Assembly (NCBI GenBank): GCA_951406725.2 | Contig: OX597823.1 | Location: 106,826,001-106,890,000, forward strand | Direction: 5' to 3' | Length of the DNA: 64,000 nucleotides | Source of the DNA: Octopus vulgaris | Taxonomy: Eukaryota | Shown here: positions 54,817 to 64,000 of the stretch, one piece after another | Layout of the letters: the number at the start of each line of letters is the position of its first letter | Numbering within the stretch: the stretch's first letter is position 1 | The notes under the pieces: generated by a model | Told to the model about the DNA's origin: nothing | The model's input: the letters and a program-made list of their open reading frames with translations, nothing else | The model's database searches: none | Position numbers and translations under genes: made by a program

Positions 54817-55641
54817 GTATGTACGTGTGTGTGTGTATGTATGTATGTATGTATGTAAAAACGTATGACTGTGTAGAGTTAAGAAGAATGCTTCACACTC
54901 ATGTTTAGGCCTCACACTCACTCCGCGTGTCCTAAAGCAAATGTGTCTACCATTGCCCGATCCGACCATCGTAGAAAAATCCATGTTTTAATGGACAAAC
55001 CAAAAATATTTTCGAAGTATAAAGTCATCTTGTCAAGGTAAAACTGTGGTAAGTTGTAACTGAATACATCACTACAGATGGGTAAAATCTATCTCATTAA
55101 CTCCAACAAGGTTAAAACCAGTATCTAGTAAAAGTTTCTTCATGTCATAGAACAGGTGACCTTTATAATTATTTTTCGAAAATCACGAAATACGAGATAT
55201 TATAATCAGAGAACATTTCACATTGATTGTTCTAAACAGTTCATAAGATATCATCTGTACATCATAAAACATAAGCCCTATATCGTAAAACATATGCTGT
55301 ACATCATAAGACGGAGACTGTATATCATGGCATAAGTTATAGATTACAAGAAATCATAAGACATATGTCAAATAATATATACATATGACACAGGTTGTAC
55401 TTCATAAGAGGGAAGCCTTGTATCATAAAGTATATGCTGTACATCCGAAAACGGGCTGTACATCAGAAGACAAACTGCAGATCTGCTTTGGTGATGGATA
55501 TATTTCTGATTCCTTACTTATGGATAAGTAGCAATAAGTTTGTGTCAGTAATAGTATATATGTCCATACATGACATATTTGTGTATATCTATCAATATAT
55601 AAACCTAGATGTACACACACACACCCACACACACAAATATA

Positions 55642-55682
<41 letters not shown>

Positions 55683-56468
55683 ATAAACGGCAGAGATATG
55701 TTCATTCGTTCGTTTTTCCATTTTCTTTTTCTTTTTTTCATACATTTTCATAGTTATCCTGATATGAACTATAATTCACAAAATAACGCCAGCTAGAACG
55801 TTGCAGCAAATACGATTAACAGCACTATCATTCACTACCATCACTATTACCATCGCCACTAACAACGCTAATACCATGGCCACCACCAACGTCACTACCA
55901 CCAACAGCAGTAACAAACAGAAAGAGCCAAAACAAGCAAAACTGTTGTTCGCTCTGTGATAAATTACAACACATTTACGTCACAATAAATATGTATTGCA
56001 TATAGTTGATTACTTGGGAGACACCGCGGTTCTTGCCGAAACCCATAAAATCGAACACACGCTATCACTGTCGTCGAAACGGAATACATTTTTAATAAAG
56101 ATGAAGGGGGATGAAACTCTTGCAAAATAGTCAGGTAGAAACAAGCAAAGATAAAATATTTCTGAAATTAGCGTCAGACAAAAGAATGACAAAAACCACA
56201 CACGACTGAGGTCCGATTCCTATTGTCGCTGACGCTCTTCTTATGTTTCTAATTAATATGGTGATAGTTGTTGTTGTCGTTGTCAGTGTTGTTGTTGCTG
56301 CTGGTCTGCTGTTTTGTTGTTGTTGTTGTTGTTACTTCAGTTATTGTGGGGTATTCGAAAATCATAGTAGCGTCCATTTTCTTTTGTTCTTTTTGCTCCA
56401 GTCTTTATGTTTTATATGTATACATACATACATATATACATACATATATACAAACCCTCACTCACACG

Positions 56469-56559
<91 letters not shown>

Positions 56560-56932
56560 GTATGTATATATATATATATATTGCCTCGCCTTTTCGAAGA
56601 ATAATGGTCTCCGCCTCAGGATATTTGTGAGGCAATGGTAGCTGTTTGAGAAGAGCAGCATTATATGGTATAATACAAAGTATTTGGGGGAAGATGCGAG
56701 GAGACGACGACGGTGAGACTATAAAAGACGAATGCAAAGAAATATGTAAGTGATTACACAATAAATAGCCAGCCATTGGCGAAATATGTGAAGGCAGAGA
56801 CGGTGGGGATGAGAAATATTATGTAGAGATATAAGAATAAATGAATGGATGTGTGCGAGTGTAAGCATATATAGACATACATAGATATGTGTTTGTGTGT
56901 TTATATGTATATATATATGTATATAGATGTAG

Positions 56933-56939
56933 AAATACA

Positions 56940-56982
<43 letters not shown>

Positions 56983-56991
56983 ATGTATGTG

Positions 56992-57023
<32 letters not shown>

Positions 57024-57494
57024 TATCTATCTATCTATCTACATATGTGTGTATGTTTGCCTCTGTGTGTGTGTGTTTGTGATTGAGTATGCATGTATAT
57101 ATGTACGTATGCATGCATGCATGCATGTATGCATGTATGTATGCATAATCATATTGGATTACCTACCGTTTCAATAACTTATATACAGTGATTTTACTGT
57201 GCGCGTGTAAACATATACATACATACATACATACATACATATGTGTGTTTGTATTTATATGTATATATATATGTGTACACATGTATAAATACATGCATAT
57301 ATATATATAATTTTATGTATGTATATATCTATTTATCTATCTATCTACATGTGTTTGTATGTCTGCCTCTGTGTGTGTGTATGTGAGTGTGTATGTATGT
57401 ATGAATGTATGTATGAATGTATGTTTGCATGTATGTATAATCATATAGGATTACCTACCGTTTCAATAACTTATACACAGAGTGGTTTTACTGA
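56933..57494. repeat. Local duplication of a microsatellite-rich unit
   Basis: ataatcatat.ggattacctaccgtttcaataacttata and upstream motifs occur twice (~57145 and ~57437). Confidence 0.8.
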
Positions 57495-57803
57495 TGTCTT
57501 TATTTTCAAGGCATTATTTTGTTACCTGCTTTTTGTTTAGCTTCACGAAAACTATGTAAGATGTTTCTTGATTACGACAAAAAGAGGAAATATATCATTT
57601 ATAAAAGCCGCAGTTCACTTAGAGAAAAAAATACATCTTCTGATTATAATATGTACAATGAACATTATTATTTCTGTTTTGTAAATCATGCTTTTGTCGG
57701 CATCTTTCCTCTTTCCTCTCTTCAGTCACATTTCTTTTCATTACAGGATTATATCTTTCTGCAAGACCGAATTTTATTGGTAACTTTATAGAATCTTAAA
57801 GCC

Positions 57804-57945
57804 TGCCAACTGGCAGCACAGTCGTTACAGCGTTGGATAGATTGCTTCCCGGTATTTGCGCTGAATCGTTGTGCCTTGAGTTCAAAACCTGCTACCATCG
57901 ACTTTACCTGTTGTCTTACAGGGTCGATAAGTTCAGTACCAATTT
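57804..57945 (+). mobile_element. Highly diverged SINE family A-related copy
   Basis: tgagttcaaaacctg..tcgactttacc..gggtcgataagttcagtacca. Confidence 0.6.
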
Positions 57946-58025
57946 ACGTCAGTCGAAAAGCGAAATTGGCTGCAGATCGATGGAGATGCTTTCCTGACTG
58001 AAAATGAAGCCTGGGACAGCACTGA

Positions 58026-58524
58026 TGCATATGTATGTATGTTTGTATGTGTGCATATATACGTACATACGTACGTACATACATACATAAGTACGTACGT
58101 ACATACATACATGCATGGATACATACTTACATACGTACATGCATACATACATACATGCTTATATACATACATACATACATACATACATACATAAGTACGT
58201 ACGTACGTACATACATACATGCATGCATACATACATACATACGTACGTACGTACGTACGTACATACATACATACGTACAAACATACATGCATGCATGCAT
58301 ACATACATACATATGTACTACGTACGTTCGTACATACATACATACGTACATACGTACATACGTACGTACGTACATACGTACATACATAATACATACATAC
58401 ATACATAAGTACGTACGTACATACATACATACATACATACATACATACATAAGTACGTACGTACATACATACATGCATGCATACATACTTACATACATGC
58501 ATGCATACATACATACACACTTAT

Positions 58525-58555
<31 letters not shown>

Positions 58556-58666
58556 TACATACATACATACATACATACATACATACATACATACATACAT
58601 ACATACATACATACATACATACATACATACATACATACATACATACATACATACATACATACGTAC
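58026..58666. repeat. (TACA)/(TACG)/(CATG) compound microsatellite
   Basis: Direct tetranucleotide repeats. Confidence 0.95.
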
Positions 58667-58920
58667 AATTCGTTCTGACTGAGACTTTAAATTTCACCTC
58701 AGTCAGGTTGTCTGAATAAACCGTCAGGAGAAAATTGTTTCAGTGAAAACGAACATTGCCATAATTTTTTTATTTTACTTATGATATTGTGTCTTCCAAC
58801 CAGTAAATATTTTGTTGCCATTCTAAAAATTTCTTTAAACTAACGAATGAACATATACACACTCATATATACTTGTACTTGCACACACACACACAGAAAC
58901 GGTATATACATTTACAAATT

Positions 58921-59236
<316 letters not shown>

Positions 59237-59410
59237 CATACAGATATGTTTTGTCTAGATGTATATATTTGGTTGGTGTCATATATACTTATATATTATT
59301 GTATGTATATGTGAGAGAAAGAAGGGTGGATGTAAAGAAGATATAATTGTATGCGTACATTTAACATATTACCATATTTATCATAACTCGCACACATAAG
59401 TACACACCAT

Positions 59411-59452
<42 letters not shown>

Positions 59453-59941
59453 GTATATATACATACATACGCACAATGCTATTCATGTCTGTAATTGTTT
59501 TATACGGAAATACCAGAATAATTAAATATTAATGTAATTTCTATGACAAATCAACATTAACACGACATCATTCTTTTAGTAATGACTAACGCATAAATAA
59601 ATAATGAGTATAATAACATATATAGAATCCGAATAAATTAGATGAGGCCAATATATCCCAGTTTTCGCCCTCAAACGATGAGAAGGAGAAGTAATTTCCA
59701 TTTTATTTAAACTATTCTGATTGTGTTTCCTCCGTACCATCTACCTGGAGTAGCGAAGTCGTTATAAGTTCATTAGAAACTTCAAAACTCTGACTCAAAG
59801 AAATGACGCCTCAGTTTTCTCCATTAATACAATAAGTTGCATGTTTTCTACGATAACTGAAGCCATAATCCTACTTTATGCCAAATATTTTTTGAGAGAT
59901 ATTATGAGACGAAACGTGTTCTGAATATTAGAGGAAAGATC

Positions 59942-60148
59942 TGGTCCTCCGTCGGTTACGACGATAAGGGTTCCAGTTAATTCGATCAACAAACAGCCTG
60001 CTCGTGGAAATAATCTTATAAGTGGCTGAGCACTTCACAAACCCACGTACCCTGAACATAGTCCCGTTGAAATACTGGTACTACTCATTTTTGTCAGCTG
60101 GGCAGACTGGAGAAACGTGAAATAAAGTGTTTTGTTCAAGGGCCCAAC
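59942..60148 (-). mobile_element. SINE family C body and tail
   Basis: On - strand, ccttgaacaaaacactttatttcacgtttctccagtc..aaaaatgagtagtacc..ctggaacccttatcgtcgtaaccgacggag. Confidence 0.6.
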
Positions 60149-60314
60149 ATGGAATATACAATGTCTGGAAATAATGGCATAGAGATCAAGCTACATTTTT
60201 TTTTTTTTTTGCAGCAGTCACCTAACTCGTTGAAAATTTATCCGTTCCTCAACCTTAGCAACCTTAGAAACAATTCATCTGACCCTTTTTTAATGCACTT
60301 CACATCTATTACCG

Positions 60315-60650
60315 TTTTCTTGTTTCAGTCATTGAACTGCAGCTACCCTGAGGCACTGCCTTGAGGGGTTTAGTCGAACAGAATGATCCCAGTACCTATT
60401 TTTAAGATTAGTATTTATGATATTAGTTTCTTTTGCCCAACCGCTAACCTACAGGGGTTTAAACAGACCAACACCTGTTGTCAAGTGATATGGAGCACAA
60501 ACTGAAAGTCACACACATATAGAAATATATACATACGACGGGCTCCTATGCAGTTTCCGTCTACCAATTTCACTCAAAGCATTGGTCAACCCAGCAAAAG
60601 ACATTTCCTCAACGTGCCGCGCAGTGGGACCGAACCCAAAACCACTCGAT
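60315..60650 (-). mobile_element. Diverged SINE family B copy
   Basis: cttgtttcagtcattg..tagtcgaacag..cagtttccgtctaccaa..cgcagtgggaccgaaccc. Confidence 0.8.
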
Positions 60651-61127
60651 TTTTAAAATCACAGGAATGCCTTTGCCTTGACCCCCATTTTATTTTCTAC
60701 ACATTTTACCTACAAATATTGCACTTCCTTTGACCCTGATATCTAGTTTTTGACACAGTAATTACTGAATGAAACTAGTTCGTGATTCACTTCCCAATAA
60801 TATTTTGAAAATATTCAACGTCAGCTGAGTCAGTCATGTCCTCCTTGAAAACATATCATAAACTTCCAAGTCCTCCTACTTAAAGATCAATATAGTCAAG
60901 CCTCTTGCTATTTATGCCAGCACACTTCATAAGTCATGTAGAACCAAGGAACTGAAGCTCATTATCTACGTCCAGCCCTTTACATTTATATTTTTGAGAC
61001 AGTATGTGAGATCAAATAAGTCGCAAGGTCCCGAAAATCTATTCTTAAGGTTTTGTAAGCCTCCTAAAGAGTCTGAAAAGACAGTCGTACCGTCAGCAAA
61101 TAGCATGTTTGATGGTAACATACCTTC

Positions 61128-61360
61128 GGCGGCGAGCTGGCAGAAACATTAGCACGCCGGGCGTAATGCGTAGCCGTATTTCGTCTGCCGTTACGTTCTG
61201 AGTTCAAATTCCGCCGAGGTCGACTTTGCCTTTCATCCTTCCGGGGTCGATAAATTAAGTACCAGTTACGCACTGGGATCGATATAATCGACTTAATCCG
61301 TTTATCTATCCTTGTTTGTCCTCTCTGTGTTTAGCCCCTTGTGGGTAGTAAAGAAATAGG
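61128..61360 (+). mobile_element. SINE family A full copy
   Basis: TSD ggtaac(a/t)taccttc at 61114-61127 and 61359-61372. Confidence 0.95.
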
Positions 61361-61559
61361 TAACTTACCTTCGATCTGAACTTTAGTCTGTCTCTACTGA
61401 GGAGTTTGCTATAAGACTGAATGGAAGTAGATACCATTTGTAGATAAATCGAATGTGTGGTGCAAGAGCAGCACATGGAAGATACTACTCTCTCAAGATT
61501 TGCTAAATGTATGAAAATATAGAATAAGTAGTGAAGAAAATTTAGCCAGTCCAAACATT

Positions 61560-62160
61560 TAAGTCCTAATAGCTTTTATATGACAGTGAATTGTGGATTA
61601 TATTCCTTTCAAAAGGACACATACATTATATGTTTAAAATAAAGTGTCTGCACAGAATGTTAGGCATCATACGCAGGCCAGGATCTGCAATACTGACATA
61701 TTCTCCAGAATATGGAAAAGCCTCTTACTGATTTTCTAGAACAGTGAGATATCCATGCCATGTTCAGTTTCAAGCGCCAACGAAAGTTTAGTGATTTGAA
61801 CATGTCCGTCGTATTGATAATGGTCATATTCGAAGATACCTGCTATATCGGGAATTGGCATCTGTGTCGAAAGACAAAAGGCACCTGTCTTTGCGATTCA
61901 ATAATGTGTGCAAGTATAATATGAAAGTATGAACATCAATTCTGTCACCAGGGAAGCAGCTAGAAATTCTATGGGCTCAACATTTGTCATTAAACTGCAA
62001 AGTGCAAAGCCTTCCTTAGACCCACATGAAAAAACTACCCAAAGGAATTTGTTTCTCCAAAAGAAATTCGCTTGCAGCATCCACACAAGAAGTTTTAAAA
62101 TGTCAATTCAGTGGTCAAGTTGGCATATCTACGGCTGGACTTGGCAGACATTTTCGAAAG
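61560..62160 (-). pseudogene. Possible highly decayed LINE RT fragment
   Basis: LQANFFWRNKFLWVVF followed by ctaaggaaggcttt loosely resembles the LQEK..NKxLxxxFxDLxKAFD motif; otherwise poorly readable. Confidence 0.35.
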
Positions 62161-62208
62161 TACTTTTCATTATCCTCCTCCTCCTCCTCCTCGTCGTCGT
62201 CGTCATCG

Positions 62209-62242
<34 letters not shown>

Positions 62243-64000
62243 GCACTGACTCTCCCAACTTTGCAAAACTAACGGACTCTACTATCCCCATGTATACCAA
62301 TAATTGCTAATATTTCAGATATACTTATATATGTGAGAAATATATAAATACCTTTTTCTTTTTGGCATACATATGCTAAAATAGTGTGTATATAAGTCTG
62401 TGCATGTATGTATGTGTGTACCATATAACACCATGTATGCAAATAAGTTTGTGAAAGTATATGCCTGAGAGACAGAGAGGGGGGAGAGAGAGAGAGAGAG
62501 AGAGAAGTGAAATCATCTTAATTGTAAGATAATTCAAGTGGCTCTAGTTGACCGAAACATTAAAATGAATTACGTTATTTATTTTGTCTCCGTTCGACTC
62601 TGAATTGAAATCTCACCGAGGTCAACCTATATTGAACCTTCAAATTTTAAAAGTTAATATAAGCATTAAGCATTCTGCTATTAAACTGATAGCAATTATG
62701 TTCTCTTCTGCCTATGTACGAAACTCACTTCTTACATGATTCGTATGTAAGAAACATAACCGGACTTGATCCTGAAACCTTTTGCATTAAACAGAATGTC
62801 GTGTTGTATATTATATTCAGAATAAAAGAATAATAGCCTGTCGTGTTATAGATTATATTCAGAATAACAGATTGCTGATGTCAAAATTTTGATGAGTAGA
62901 TTTCTAAAGAGGAAAACTGACTGAATAGATATATATATATAAATAAACAAGTAGTTTTTCCTATGAAATTTGGATCAGAATCAAAGCAAAAACTTCGAAG
63001 TGTTGAATTTTCAAAGAACTTGCTGCTTGTCATCAAATATTAATGTTGCTTTTTTTCTGGCTTATGCACAAAACCAATCATTTATTTTACTCTTCAAAGA
63101 TACAATACATTCGAGTATAATGACTTTTATTTATTTAGTTAGTTTTTGCGTCACAGAATTTAAAATGAATTGCTTATGCCAGATCTACCTGAAGTATTGG
63201 AGCTTGGATGAAGCTTATTAATAGTAGAAATAACTTGAAGTGTTTTATTATACACGACCAGTTTATGCGACAGCGTTTAACTAACAACTGGAAATACTAT
63301 AAATCTGTGGATAACATTTCGTCAAGTAAAATAAAAAAAAAATTACAATAATGTTTAGATTGAATTAGGGTTAAATTAGAGACTGTGAAATATTGTTTAG
63401 AGATAAACTGATAAAACCAATAAATTATCCATTTATTTATTCCACGGAGATACGTAAAATATTAAACATCAAATGTCTGTATTTTTCTGTAGAATTATTT
63501 GTAATCAGTGGAAGTCATCAATAGATCGATTTTTGAGGACGATAACAGAATATTAATAAATGAATAAATAAAAAGGGTTTTGTGAAGTTCAAGGCTTTCC
63601 TCTGATACTTGACGATGCTAGAATTCCAAATCTGCCCATGGTCCTGGGTTTGTTGAAAGCTCACTCTCATTTTAGAGACTGAGTTTATGAATATCTAGAA
63701 ACCAATTCCGGTAATTGCCTACAAAGAGTAAACGAAAACAAATCACCGGCTGATTTTCTTGTTATTGTTAATGTTGTTTAACCCCGATCCACCGACCCAG
63801 CTGTATCCTACTCATTCTTCATTCCAGCATATCCTCTCTAGGATATTACCAATATGCAATATGGGCCTCTTTTTCTATGACGTTAGAATGCTATTTGAGG
63901 GGGATTCGTCTACAATTCTTAACAGGTCCACTCATCAGGTAGAGACTCATTCTTAGGCTGATACTGAAGCTACTCTTATTTATTTAATTATTTAATTATT

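Overview
AT-rich, gene-poor eukaryotic DNA dominated by microsatellites ((TA)n, (CA)n, (TATG)n, (GATA)n, (AAT)n) and interspersed repeats. The tRNA-headed SINE families and the repeat density resemble an octopus (coleoid cephalopod) intron or intergenic region; this is inference. No host protein-coding gene can be supported, and nearly all listed ORFs are microsatellite translations. Real coding remnants all come from mobile elements: a Penelope-like element (RT C-terminus plus GIY-YIG), two Tx1/L1-like LINE 3' ends, two CR1-like 3' ends, RTE fragments and two Tc1/mariner fragments. Non-autonomous Helitron-like elements and MITEs are also present. The most notable hidden signal is about nine minimal type-I hammerhead-ribozyme-like motifs in several unrelated short elements next to (TA)n tracts. 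They include core variants (a compensatory G3-C8 swap, A6U, U4C). Also notable are a Tx1-like LINE inserted in a (GATA)n microsatellite and a CR1-like LINE 3' end sharing its tail with a major SINE family. Coordinates were read by eye and may be off by a few bases.
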